DNA of 64,000 nt from Candidatus Omnitrophota bacterium. Its GTDB lineage: Bacteria; Omnitrophota; Gorgyraeia; Tantalellales; Tantalellaceae. The stretch spans positions 63,239 through 127,238 of the forward strand of contig WJMH01000012.1 in assembly GCA_014728045.1 (NCBI GenBank), given 5' to 3'. Position 1 is the stretch's first letter. Each line of letters starts with the position of its first letter. Positions 8,989-17,806 of the stretch are shown one piece after another. Made by a program: the position numbers and the translations under genes. The notes beneath the pieces were generated by a model. It searched no databases and was not told the DNA's origin. It saw only the letters and a program-made list of their open reading frames with translations.

Positions 8989-11715
8989 TTGGAAAGGCAG
9001 GATATGCACGGTGTAAGAGGAAGATCATGGTTCAGGATCGTAAGTCTTGTACTTGTACTCACGTTAATATTTTTTGATATAGCACAGGCGAGCCAGATAA
9101 ATATCCCCGAAGCAGCAGAAAAACTTTCCGCGGAACTCCCTTTTCAGACCGAGATAATGTCAAATGAAAAGGAAGCTGTCCGTAGATCGCTGTTCGCGGA
9201 TATGAAACTGCTCGCATCAGCGCAGAATATCGCCAAATATCTTCTTGAGGACAGGCTGCCACTGGAACATCTCGAAGCGGTAATATCACGTGAAACGGGC
9301 CAGATCATAGGTGGGATAGATCTATCCAAGGTCAATTTTTCCCCAGATAAGAAGGTCGTCATAATCCCGTGCGTCTGTTCGGGACATAAATGCCTAATAC
9401 AGGTGGCACTTAAGGATGAACTTCCCCGGGATGGGCTCTCTGGTCAGAAATGGGTAGCATCTGCCAAGTATTTGATCTATGTTTCTTTCGGGGAAAAAGA
9501 AGAGTCAAAAAAGACAAAAAGCGAAAAGACCCCCCCGGCAAAGACCCCCCCTGATAATACCGGTTCCAGGAAGGGAAAACATAATCTAACCGCCCGTAAT
9601 TGCTACAGGGCGATGTACTGCTTAAGGCCGGTCACGATCGCTGTGACCGTGGTATTCGGATGGATCTATCTGGTCCACGGCATGACCGACCCCATGAAGT
9701 TGCTTTCATGGGCGATCATCAACGTTCTGGCCTTTACGACCGCCTATTACTGGTACATGGGAAGGGATATACGTTCTTCCATGATAGAAGTGGGGGTTCC
9801 GGAAGACAAGGCTCTTGATGAGCCGGTCTCCAACACCGAAGGGTTTCTGCATCATGCTTTCAACCATCTCAGTAAAATGGAACAGAGCAGCGTGCTCAAG
9901 CACGAGGTCCTGAAGTGGCATCCTCTCGGGATGGTCTTCATGACGCCTATTCCGAGCTTGCTTCTGGCCCCTTATTTCTGGTTCGCGATCGACAGGTTCT
10001 ATAATATCTCTTCGATGTACGCGGGGATAGACCATAATAATCCCGAGAGCATTTACGAGTACGCCCAGCTGGGTTACCCCAAAATAAGGGCTTTCGCTAT
10101 CGAGAGGTCCTGGCAGATAGAAGATATAGACAAAATGGGCAGGCTTTTCGTTCTAGCCTACGGCAGGGACAGTGAACTGGCCGAGCCGGCTATTCATAAG
10201 CTGTTCAATTCCGGTAATGTCGAGAAGATAAGGGAATACTCCAAACAGTGTATGATGGCCTATGCCGACAAGGTCTTTGATGTATGCCATGTAAGGGCCA
10301 TACTCGTCAGGGACTGCATGCAGGGTGAAATCAAAGAAAAACTGGCGGAGAAGCTGGCCGAGCATGTGACCACCTGGGAGGATTTTAAGAGGGTCGTGGC
10401 CCTTATAGATCACCATTATGAGCGGAAAGCTCCTTGTTTCACGAAGCTGCACGCGATGGCAGAAACACCGGGTGAGATAGAAAAACTTTTTCTCGGTGAA
10501 AGGATCTTCTCTAAATTCGGGAAAATACGACGCCACAAGGAAGTCCATGTAGATCCCAAATATGAAAGAGATGCTTCATATAAACTGGCACGCGCGGTTG
10601 CTGAAGTCTACGGCATGAGTGAACTTACCGGCGGCCAGCTGGAAGATGTACTTATTGCCGTCAAGGACGTTGTTTCGTTCCACCAGGCCAGGAAACCCGC
10701 GTATACATTCGTAGAGGAACTCGCCGAAAACCCGAACGACCTTAAAAGGAGCATACTGGCCCAGGGAGGGCTTATCCCCAGCCGGAAGAGCGAAGCGGAA
10801 CAGAAGCCCATTCCCGGGGAAGAAGAGGTGGAGCTTCCGGCCAACAACAACCGGGAAAAACTTATCAATGCCTGTAACGACATGGTCGCGATCCTTGCCT
10901 TGAGAAGCGATATAACCAGAGAATTCATGGGGAACGAAACTAATACGGACATTGTTTTCACGGCCGAGGCGCTGCTGGCTGATCTTGAGAGGATACGAGA
11001 GACGGGGGAGGCCCCGATCCTTTTTACGGAAGCTGTCATGGAGGTCGAGAGGACCTTGAGGGAGAATCTGCGGGAATTTGAGTCAGCGGGTCTTGTCTCA
11101 TCCATCATAACGCTCGCAAGAAAGGCCAGGAGAGAGGACAGAAACCTTATTATCGGCGTTGAGACCGCCTGGATACCGGGTTCGGAGCGGGCCACAATGC
11201 AGCACATGGCGATAAATCCCCTTATCACCGATATCAAATCCCTGGGATCGAAACTTAGGTCCATCGGCCTTGATAACGTTATCATAGTGCATGATAAAAG
11301 GGATTATCTTGCCCACCAAGTCATATGGCAGACCACAAAGGATGGCCCCAATAGCGATTATTCCAATGTGGTCATACTTGCTTCTCAGGATACCATAAAC
11401 TCTAAGGCTTTCGATCCTTTACGCAGCACCCGGACGGAGCAAAAGGCTTTTCTTGCCGGTGTCGACCACAGCGAGCTTGACGCTTTCACCGAGAAGAGTA
11501 CTGAAGATTACACGCAGATAAGGATACGCTTGGTGCAGATGCTGGCGCTCGCTCTTGAGTTGGCATCCGGGCAGAGTGCGCCGGAGCTCCCGATCATACG
11601 CGAATATAACAAGACGCTCAGGACTGTCATATTCCTTCCCGGGGCGGAGCCGATGGATTTCAGGGAATTGCAGAGGCTTTACAGAGCGCAGCAGAAAGCC
11701 CTTGAGGCGGCGTAA
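8989..11715 (+). CDS. large orphan membrane protein (908 aa), function unknown
   Basis: Signal or anchor helix, then about 190 aa of extracytoplasmic region with a 'KTPPAKTPP' repeat, then 3-4 TM helices, then roughly 560 aa of helical cytoplasmic region. No catalytic motif recognised. Preceded by a 130-bp AT-rich region. Confidence 0.55.
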   Translation: MERQDMHGVRGRSWFRIVSLVLVLTLIFFDIAQASQINIPEAAEKLSAELPFQTEIMSNEKEAVRRSLFADMKLLASAQNIAKYLLEDRLPLEHLEAVISRETGQIIGGIDLSKVNFSPDKKVVIIPCVCSGHKCLIQVALKDELPRDGLSGQKWVASAKYLIYVSFGEKEESKKTKSEKTPPAKTPPDNTGSRKGKHNLTARNCYRAMYCLRPVTIAVTVVFGWIYLVHGMTDPMKLLSWAIINVLAFTTAYYWYMGRDIRSSMIEVGVPEDKALDEPVSNTEGFLHHAFNHLSKMEQSSVLKHEVLKWHPLGMVFMTPIPSLLLAPYFWFAIDRFYNISSMYAGIDHNNPESIYEYAQLGYPKIRAFAIERSWQIEDIDKMGRLFVLAYGRDSELAEPAIHKLFNSGNVEKIREYSKQCMMAYADKVFDVCHVRAILVRDCMQGEIKEKLAEKLAEHVTTWEDFKRVVALIDHHYERKAPCFTKLHAMAETPGEIEKLFLGERIFSKFGKIRRHKEVHVDPKYERDASYKLARAVAEVYGMSELTGGQLEDVLIAVKDVVSFHQARKPAYTFVEELAENPNDLKRSILAQGGLIPSRKSEAEQKPIPGEEEVELPANNNREKLINACNDMVAILALRSDITREFMGNETNTDIVFTAEALLADLERIRETGEAPILFTEAVMEVERTLRENLREFESAGLVSSIITLARKARREDRNLIIGVETAWIPGSERATMQHMAINPLITDIKSLGSKLRSIGLDNVIIVHDKRDYLAHQVIWQTTKDGPNSDYSNVVILASQDTINSKAFDPLRSTRTEQKAFLAGVDHSELDAFTEKSTEDYTQIRIRLVQMLALALELASGQSAPELPIIREYNKTLRTVIFLPGAEPMDFRELQRLYRAQQKALEAA

Positions 11716-11740
11716 GCCCGAGCGGGATGTTTGAGGATAA

Positions 11741-11777
11741 TAAAAAAAGGAGGCTTGTACAAGCCTCCTTTTTTTAT
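11741..11777. terminator. bidirectional intrinsic terminator between convergent genes
   Basis: A7-GGAGGCTTGTACAAGCCTCC-T8. Confidence 0.8.
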
Positions 11778-11793
11778 TATATAAGCGGGTATT

Positions 11794-12696
11794 TTAGAAA
11801 AGTATCTGCACCTTCGCGATGTATTCCCACGCTGCGCTAACGCGCCTGAACCTTTCGCTGGTTCCGTCGCCGCGTCCCCATGCGGTCTGTCCAAGCTGAA
11901 GCTCGAGGTTAAGACTGGACTGAGCTCCTTTTTTAACACTGGAGAAGCCTTTTCCCAGGAGGTTTATAATGGGGCCGGCGCGCCAGGTAATGGTGTCTTT
12001 ACGCACTCCCGTTCCCTGATGGGAAAGCCTCACATCCAGCTCGCCTTTCAACATGAGCCAGTCAAAGGGGGAGATGCCGCCTTCGAGGAACATGGGAAAA
12101 TAATTCGCGAAATCTGCATTGACCCCCGTATCGATCTGCCAGAAATAACCGAACTCACCGGACACGTAAGCAGGTTTTTTGAACACTGTGAAGGATTTTC
12201 CCACAAGGCCCCGCAGTTCCACGCCGTTACCGTATTCAAACAGGTCGGGCTGTTGGACCACATCGGGGTTTCCCGGATGGATGTAGAACTTGAGCTGTCC
12301 GGCAGCCACGACGGGTTTATCCATGAATTTGTATTTTATGCCGGGTTGTATCTGCTTGAAGCCTTCGTGCTTGGCTTTTTGGCTATTGAACTGCGCGGTG
12401 CTGAAATCGTTCTTCCAGTGGCTCCAGGTATAGGGGATATTGAGCAGGATGTTCAGGTTATCGTTGAAGCCGAACTCAAATTTCTGCTCGAGGTCGTATA
12501 TCTCCGATATCCCGCCGTGGTCCCAACGGCTCCTGTCACCGTTCTCATCGAACGCTCTTTTGGAGACAAAATAACGGAAAAACGTTTCTGTCCAGAGCTT
12601 GTTCTTTTTTAGTGTCCATGGTCCCGCGTGGGAGACCTCAGGCATCAGAAGAGCGACAAAGAGTGCCGCAGTAATGAAGAAAGCCGTTCTTTTCAT
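11794..12696 (-). CDS. outer-membrane beta-barrel protein (putative porin or channel)
   Basis: Signal peptide 'MKRTAFFITAALFVALLMPEVSHA'. Alternating amphipathic strands. C-terminal '...KVQILF' ends in Phe, typical of OMP beta-barrels. Confidence 0.5.
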   Translation of the reverse strand: MKRTAFFITAALFVALLMPEVSHAGPWTLKKNKLWTETFFRYFVSKRAFDENGDRSRWDHGGISEIYDLEQKFEFGFNDNLNILLNIPYTWSHWKNDFSTAQFNSQKAKHEGFKQIQPGIKYKFMDKPVVAAGQLKFYIHPGNPDVVQQPDLFEYGNGVELRGLVGKSFTVFKKPAYVSGEFGYFWQIDTGVNADFANYFPMFLEGGISPFDWLMLKGELDVRLSHQGTGVRKDTITWRAGPIINLLGKGFSSVKKGAQSSLNLELQLGQTAWGRGDGTSERFRRVSAAWEYIAKVQILF

Positions 12697-12725
12697 TGAA
12701 ATACCCCCTTGATTTATTCCCGAAA

Positions 12726-12992
12726 TTATCTGCTTAATCCGAAAAGAGCCGCGAACCAGGCCATAATGCTTGCCTGGCCTTTTTGTTCATCAAGTATGGA
12801 TTTAACGTCATTGGGCGAGAGGATGCCTTTTTCGGTCATGATGGCGCCGATTTCCTTGTGCTGCTGGTGCTTTTGTTCGTATTCCTTTTGTATGCGCAGC
12901 GCCTCTTTTACCTCATCCTCTGATGCAAGACCGCGTCCCACAGCGATTTCGCCGAATTTCTTGGTCTTCTTTTTCCTTAAAAATTCAAACAT
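12726..12992 (-). CDS. small protein with two tandem MshEN/GspE-N-like (putative c-di-GMP-binding) motifs and a C-terminal hydrophobic tail
   Basis: 'KFGEIAVGRGLASEDEVKEALRIQ' and 'EIGAIMTEKGILSPNDVKSILDEQ' both fit the 24-residue RLGxxLxxxGxIxxxxLxxALxxQ pattern. Lies upstream of the OMP in the same minus-strand operon. Confidence 0.45.
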   Translation of the reverse strand: MFEFLRKKKTKKFGEIAVGRGLASEDEVKEALRIQKEYEQKHQQHKEIGAIMTEKGILSPNDVKSILDEQKGQASIMAWFAALFGLSR

Positions 12993-13163
12993 ACATGCCT
13001 TTTTATAATAGTAATAAAAAATATATTATTTGCCAAATAGTATATATGTTTTAAAGCCTTAAGTCAAGAAAAGCCTGCTCAAGCGCCTTTTGAAAAGAAG
13101 GGTTGACTTAAACGCATATTATAATATATTATTCTATGACTATAGGCTGGAAGAGGTGATCAA

Positions 13164-14003
13164 ATGAGTTACATAAAGACGGGTTTATTGCTGGTCGTAA
13201 TGACCTTCATTCTGATGTGGGTCGGAAGTCTCGTGGCAGGCCCCAGAGGCGTTATTATAGCTTTTATTGTAGCCATGGTGCTCAACGGGGTCAGTTACTG
13301 GTACAGTGACAAGATAGTGCTGAAGATGTACAACGCCAGGCCGTTATCATCCCGGGAGAACGCCGATATCTATTCGGTGGTGGAAGAGCTCAGCTCCAGG
13401 GCAGATATACCCGCACCCAGGGTATATATAACGGACGTTGCCGTTCCCAACGCTTTCGCGACCGGAAGAGACCCCGACAATGCCGCTTTATGCCTTACCA
13501 GGGGGCTTGTGGAATTACTGGACAAGGAGGAGCTTAAGGGCGTCATCTCCCACGAGCTTTCGCATATCAAACACCGAGATACCCTTATCATGACGGTCAC
13601 CGCGGCCATGGCGAGCGCGATAATGATGGCTGTTTACATGGCCAGATGGGCGGCCATTCTCGGCGGGTTTTCCAGGGAGAGGAATGACTCGGGTAACATC
13701 ATAGGATTATTGGCCGTAAGCATATTTGCCCCGATAGCCGCCCTTATAGTCCAGCTGGCCATATCCCGTTCGCGGGAATACGCCGCTGATACAAGGGGAG
13801 CCGAGATAGCCGGTTCCCCCGAGGGGCTCGCCAGGGCCCTGGAACAGATGGCCCGGGGCAATGAACGCACCAGATTCGACGCGGCGCCCCAGACTCAACA
13901 CCTGTTCATCGTCAAGCCGTCCGCGAATAATTTCGTTGCCAACCTGTTCAGCACGCATCCGCCTGTGGCCGAACGGGTCAAAAGACTCAGGAGCATGGCC
14001 TAA
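13164..14003 (+). CDS. htpX: HtpX-like M48 zinc metalloprotease
   Basis: Two N-terminal TM helices. Zincin motif 'HELSHIKHRD'. Two further TM helices. Length typical of HtpX. Confidence 0.85.
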   Translation: MSYIKTGLLLVVMTFILMWVGSLVAGPRGVIIAFIVAMVLNGVSYWYSDKIVLKMYNARPLSSRENADIYSVVEELSSRADIPAPRVYITDVAVPNAFATGRDPDNAALCLTRGLVELLDKEELKGVISHELSHIKHRDTLIMTVTAAMASAIMMAVYMARWAAILGGFSRERNDSGNIIGLLAVSIFAPIAALIVQLAISRSREYAADTRGAEIAGSPEGLARALEQMARGNERTRFDAAPQTQHLFIVKPSANNFVANLFSTHPPVAERVKRLRSMA

Positions 14004-15607
14004 TGCGTGGATCCAAATTTATTCTGATATTGATAGCTGTTATGCTGTTTCTGTATTTTTTCGGGCTGGGGGATATGCCCCTTACCGATCCGGATGAGAC
14101 TTTTTACGCCCAGACGGCAAAGGAGATGCTCGAAGCTGATGAGTGGGTCACTCCCATGATATTCGGCAAGCCGCAGTTCGAAAAACCCGTGCTTTACTAT
14201 CTTCTTATAGTTCTGAGTTATATGGTTTTCGGGGTTGGTGAGTTCGCAGCGAGATTCCCTTCGGCGGTTTTCGGTATTCTGGGCGTTCTGGGGGTTTATT
14301 TTTTCGGAAGGCTCCTTTTTTCGCCGCTCTGCGGGTTCCTTTCGGGGATGGTCATGGCGACCTGCGTACAGTATCTCGTCCTCGCCAGAGGTTGCGTAAC
14401 GGACATGGTGCTCTTGGTCTTTATCCTGTACACGCTTTTATTCTTTCTGATGGGATGGATGGGTAAGGGCAGGGGATATTTCTATCTCGCTTCGGTAGCT
14501 GCGGCCCTGGCGGTACTCACGAAGGGTCCGATCGGTCTATTTCTCCCCGGTCTCACGGTATTATTATTCATCCTTTTGACCAGGCAGTGGAAAAGGTTCC
14601 CGGAGATACCGCTTTTGCGGTGCATTCTCCTGCTTCTGCTGGTAAGTTTGCCCTGGTATATCGCGGTTTACCGTATGCACGGGTCGGCCTTTGTTGATGA
14701 ATTCTTCGGTTTTCATAACGTTACGCGTTTTCTGGTTCCGGAGCACAGGATAGGCACGTCGCCGTACTTCTACATACCGGTCATCCTGGGAGGGTTCTTC
14801 CCCTGGAGCACTTTTCTTCTTTTCGGTGCGTGGAACATGTGGAGACACCCCCATCCAGGATCAGCGGACTCGCGGGCAGGGAATTACAGGCTGTTCCTCT
14901 TATTATGGTTTCTTGTGGTGTTCCTTTTCTTCTCTTCATCCAGCACGAAACTCGTCACTTACATTTTTCCGCTTTTTCCGGTACTAGCGTTAGTTGCCGG
15001 GAGGTTTTGGGAGAGGTTCATCACTAGCTCGGACGAGGATGAACGAACGTCTTTTTTCATGAAGATATCCTTCTGGATCCTCGTTGGATCATCCCCGGTC
15101 GCGGCTGCCGGCGCCGTTTTTCTGGTTAGATATGAATACGCGACCACCTCAGCAGTCCAGGGCACGATAATGGCCTCCGTTCTTTATCTTCTGGCCATTA
15201 TCGTTTCGGCACTTTTCTTTCTCAAAAGGCGCAGAATGGCCTCTTTCGGCGCCATCGCTTCTTCGGTATTGGTCTGCGCTTTACCCGTGGTCTGGTTCAT
15301 TCTCCCGGTCGTGGGTGTACATGAATCCAGCAAGGAACTTTCTCTTAAGGTCAGGGAGCTCGCCTCTTCCGATGAAGCGGTGGGGGGCGAATGTGATCAC
15401 CGCCGTGGGATAGCCTTCTACTCGGGCAGGACCGATATGACGGATATACATCCTCATCAGGCCCTCAGGGATTTTTTCTCCAGGAAGGAGAGAGTGTGGG
15501 GTATAATACAGCAGAAGCATTACCGTAACCTGAAGGCAGAGATGCCCGGAAAGGTGTCCGAGCCGGTGGCCAGTTCGGGAGAATATGTTCTTATAACGAA
15601 TGAATAG
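14003..15607 (+). CDS. ArnT/PMT-family (GT39/GT83) polyprenyl-phosphate-sugar-dependent glycosyltransferase
   Basis: Multi-TM protein with N-terminal 'DPDETFYAQTAKEM' loop motif characteristic of ArnT/PMT enzymes. Start overlaps the htpX stop (TAATG). Confidence 0.75.
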   Translation: MRGSKFILILIAVMLFLYFFGLGDMPLTDPDETFYAQTAKEMLEADEWVTPMIFGKPQFEKPVLYYLLIVLSYMVFGVGEFAARFPSAVFGILGVLGVYFFGRLLFSPLCGFLSGMVMATCVQYLVLARGCVTDMVLLVFILYTLLFFLMGWMGKGRGYFYLASVAAALAVLTKGPIGLFLPGLTVLLFILLTRQWKRFPEIPLLRCILLLLLVSLPWYIAVYRMHGSAFVDEFFGFHNVTRFLVPEHRIGTSPYFYIPVILGGFFPWSTFLLFGAWNMWRHPHPGSADSRAGNYRLFLLLWFLVVFLFFSSSSTKLVTYIFPLFPVLALVAGRFWERFITSSDEDERTSFFMKISFWILVGSSPVAAAGAVFLVRYEYATTSAVQGTIMASVLYLLAIIVSALFFLKRRRMASFGAIASSVLVCALPVVWFILPVVGVHESSKELSLKVRELASSDEAVGGECDHRRGIAFYSGRTDMTDIHPHQALRDFFSRKERVWGIIQQKHYRNLKAEMPGKVSEPVASSGEYVLITNE

Positions 15608-15616
15608 GTAGAATAT

Positions 15617-16321
15617 ATGAACGATAGCCCCAGCGTATCCTTTGTCTTACCCATGTACAATGAGAGCGCCAATATCACCGCGTCCATACGCAAGATCAAG
15701 TCCATCGCCCCGGAGATGACCCCGGATCACGAGATAATCATAGCCGATGACGCATCCACGGATGGAAGCGCCGATATCGTTGAAAGTATCTCGCGGAAGG
15801 ACTCAAGCGTAAAGCTTATCAGGCTGCCGGAGAATACGATGTTCGGAGGTGCGTTCGCCGCGGGTTTCAAAGCAGCCAGCAAGGACGTTATCATGTACAT
15901 GGACGCGGATATGCCCGTCGGGGAGGAAGATATAAAAAGGTCCTTTCCCCTGATAAAGAATGCCCACATAGTTACTGGCTACAGCAAGGTAAAAAAAGGG
16001 GACACCCTCAAGAGGAAGATAATATCTGTCGGGTACAATCTTCTGGTCAGATCGCTTTTTCGTCTGGATATACGTGATATCAATTCCGGCTATAAGATAG
16101 TCAGGAGGGAACTGGTGGAGGATATGCAATTCATCTCCCGCAGCCCTTTCGTGGACGTTGAGCTTTTCCTGCACGCCAAAAGAAAAGGCGCCAGAGTGGA
16201 ACAGTATCCTCTGGTCTTTACCTCCCGTCCGGGAGGTAAGTCCTACATCGCCAGGATCCCCGTAATATGGGCGACCTTCTGCGATATGATCAAGGTGAGG
16301 GCCCTTACCCTGAAAGGTTGA
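15617..16321 (+). CDS. GT2 polyprenyl-phosphate glycosyltransferase (ArnC/DPM1-like)
   Basis: 'SFVLPMYNESANI', 'IIADDASTDGS' and 'YMDADM' (DXD) motifs of GT2 family. Confidence 0.8.
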   Translation: MNDSPSVSFVLPMYNESANITASIRKIKSIAPEMTPDHEIIIADDASTDGSADIVESISRKDSSVKLIRLPENTMFGGAFAAGFKAASKDVIMYMDADMPVGEEDIKRSFPLIKNAHIVTGYSKVKKGDTLKRKIISVGYNLLVRSLFRLDIRDINSGYKIVRRELVEDMQFISRSPFVDVELFLHAKRKGARVEQYPLVFTSRPGGKSYIARIPVIWATFCDMIKVRALTLKG

Positions 16322-16325
16322 ACGC

Positions 16326-17180
16326 ATGAAAGCGCTTATCATAAACGCCGATGATGTCGGCCTCTCAAAAGAGATAAATGAAGCAGCAAGAAAGTGTTAT
16401 CTTGAAAAAGTGATAACGGGGGTGAGCTTACTTGCCTGCGGGGAGAGCTTCAGTGATGCCGCAAGCATGCTGCATGGGGTGGGCAGGACTAACGTGGGCG
16501 CTCATCTTGTTCTTACCGGGGACTTTAAACCCTGCACCAGTGATCTTTCCCGTATAAGGACGCTCGTCCCCGGAGGGCGGTTCCCTGCCGGCTATAAGGC
16601 GTTCGCCGCGAGGTATTTGCTGGGAGCGGTTTCCGCTGACGAAGTGTATGAAGAGACCACCGCGCAGGTAAAAAAAATAAAAGAGGCGGGGCTTCAGGTT
16701 ACGCATATAGACAGCCACGAGCATGTTCACATGTTCCCGGAGATTCTCCGGACAGTTATCGCGGTGGCGCTCGATAACGGTATCCCTTATGTAAGGCTTC
16801 CCAGGGAGAGTTCGAAAGTGGTTATCACCGCCTTTTCACCAAAGGACCTTTTGCGCCACGCGGGGCTCAAGGTCTTCGCCTCCCATGCGCGAAGAGCGAT
16901 GAACGCTTTAGAGGTCTATCATAACGATTATTTCTGGGGACATTTCCATGCGGGCAGGCTCGATAACGGTATCCTCAGTTTTATCGTAAATAACCTCGGC
17001 GAGGGGATCAATGAACTTGCTGTCCATCCGGGCGTTTTAACCCCGGAACTGGAGGAAAGGTCCTCCTGGCACCGTAATTCCCAGAAAGAGCTCACTGCCC
17101 TGATAGGGGGAAGTTGGAGAAGGTCCCTGGCAGACAGCGGGGTGCGGACGATATCCCATCTTGAAACGATGCATATCTAG
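16326..17180 (+). CDS. YdjC/ChbG/HpnK-family carbohydrate deacetylase
   Basis: 'MKALIINADDVGLS...' N-terminus and 'HIDSHEHVH' metal-binding block typical of YdjC-like deacetylases. Confidence 0.75.
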   Translation: MKALIINADDVGLSKEINEAARKCYLEKVITGVSLLACGESFSDAASMLHGVGRTNVGAHLVLTGDFKPCTSDLSRIRTLVPGGRFPAGYKAFAARYLLGAVSADEVYEETTAQVKKIKEAGLQVTHIDSHEHVHMFPEILRTVIAVALDNGIPYVRLPRESSKVVITAFSPKDLLRHAGLKVFASHARRAMNALEVYHNDYFWGHFHAGRLDNGILSFIVNNLGEGINELAVHPGVLTPELEERSSWHRNSQKELTALIGGSWRRSLADSGVRTISHLETMHI

Positions 17181-17199
17181 ACCGGGATCCGGCTTGGAT

Positions 17200-17236
17200 A
17201 AAAAAAGCGCCCGCTTACTGTAAGCGGGCGCTTTTA
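17200..17236. terminator. bidirectional intrinsic terminator
   Basis: A7-GCGCCCGCTTA-CTG-TAAGCGGGCGC-T4, between convergent genes. Confidence 0.8.
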
Positions 17237-17255
17237 CCTTAGGTGATTAAGGTTA

Positions 17256-17459
17256 TTATTCAGATTTGATCAAAGCTATGACTGCCAGAAGCAGAATGCA
17301 TGCGGTTCCCGAAAGCATTCCCACGGCGGTGAAACCCTCGCCGAAAAAGGGCAGTTCCGTAAAACCCATTATGCTTTCTTCACCGATGAATCTTGCTATA
17401 ACAGTGTAGGCGAAAAGAACAGTGCCTATTATCGCTAAAAGGTTGCCGAGTGTTTTCAT
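17256..17459 (-). CDS. small two-TM membrane protein, unknown
   Basis: 67-aa ORF with two hydrophobic helices and a good context. Weak support. Confidence 0.3.
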   Translation of the reverse strand: MKTLGNLLAIIGTVLFAYTVIARFIGEESIMGFTELPFFGEGFTAVGMLSGTACILLLAVIALIKSE

Positions 17460-17574
17460 GATTCCTTACCCCCCCTTATTGTCTGTCAACTCAATATGGT
17501 CGCTTATCCCTTAATGGCAAATATACCATGTACGAAAATCAAAGTCAAAACAATAATGGAGCTTGGATGGATGA

Positions 17575-17661
17575 TGGTGCGGGCGAAGGGACTCGAACCC
17601 CCATGGAGTTTCCCCCATATGGACCTGAACCATACGCGTCTGCCAATTCCGCCACGCCCGC
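17575..17661 (-). tRNA. tRNA-Leu (anticodon CAG)
   Basis: Reverse complement folds as a cloverleaf: acceptor GCGGGCG/CGCCCGC, anticodon loop TTCAGGT, long variable arm, TTCGAGT T-loop, encoded CCA. Confidence 0.85.
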
Positions 17662-17693
17662 ACATCAATTGGTATTGACAATTAATCTAGAGG

Positions 17694-17722
17694 ATTATAC
17701 TATAAATGGAGATTACCGTCAA
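17694..17722 (-). promoter_or_regulatory. sigma70-like promoter for tRNA-Leu (TTGACG-N17-TATAAT on the minus strand)
   Basis: -35 is the complement of 17717-17722; -10 is the complement of 17694-17699. Predicted TSS about 25 nt upstream of the tRNA 5' end. A TTGACA-N17-TACTAT element on the + strand (17675-17703) overlaps it and faces smpB. Confidence 0.4.
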
Positions 17723-17806
17723 TTACGGTATAAATATATAGTGAAATATTTATCTTCACATATGGATGATAAATGAGTTTAATTATGTTATAATAAAGCT
17801 AGAATC

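Noticed and set aside
10608-11285. 225-aa minus-strand ORF inside the 908-aa gene (and similar antisense ORFs at 26205-26984, 58811-59653, 45360-46064 and 12019-12612)
   Set aside because: All are embedded antisense in longer ORFs with better codon structure. The Ser/Ala/Arg-rich low-complexity translations are characteristic of non-coding frames.
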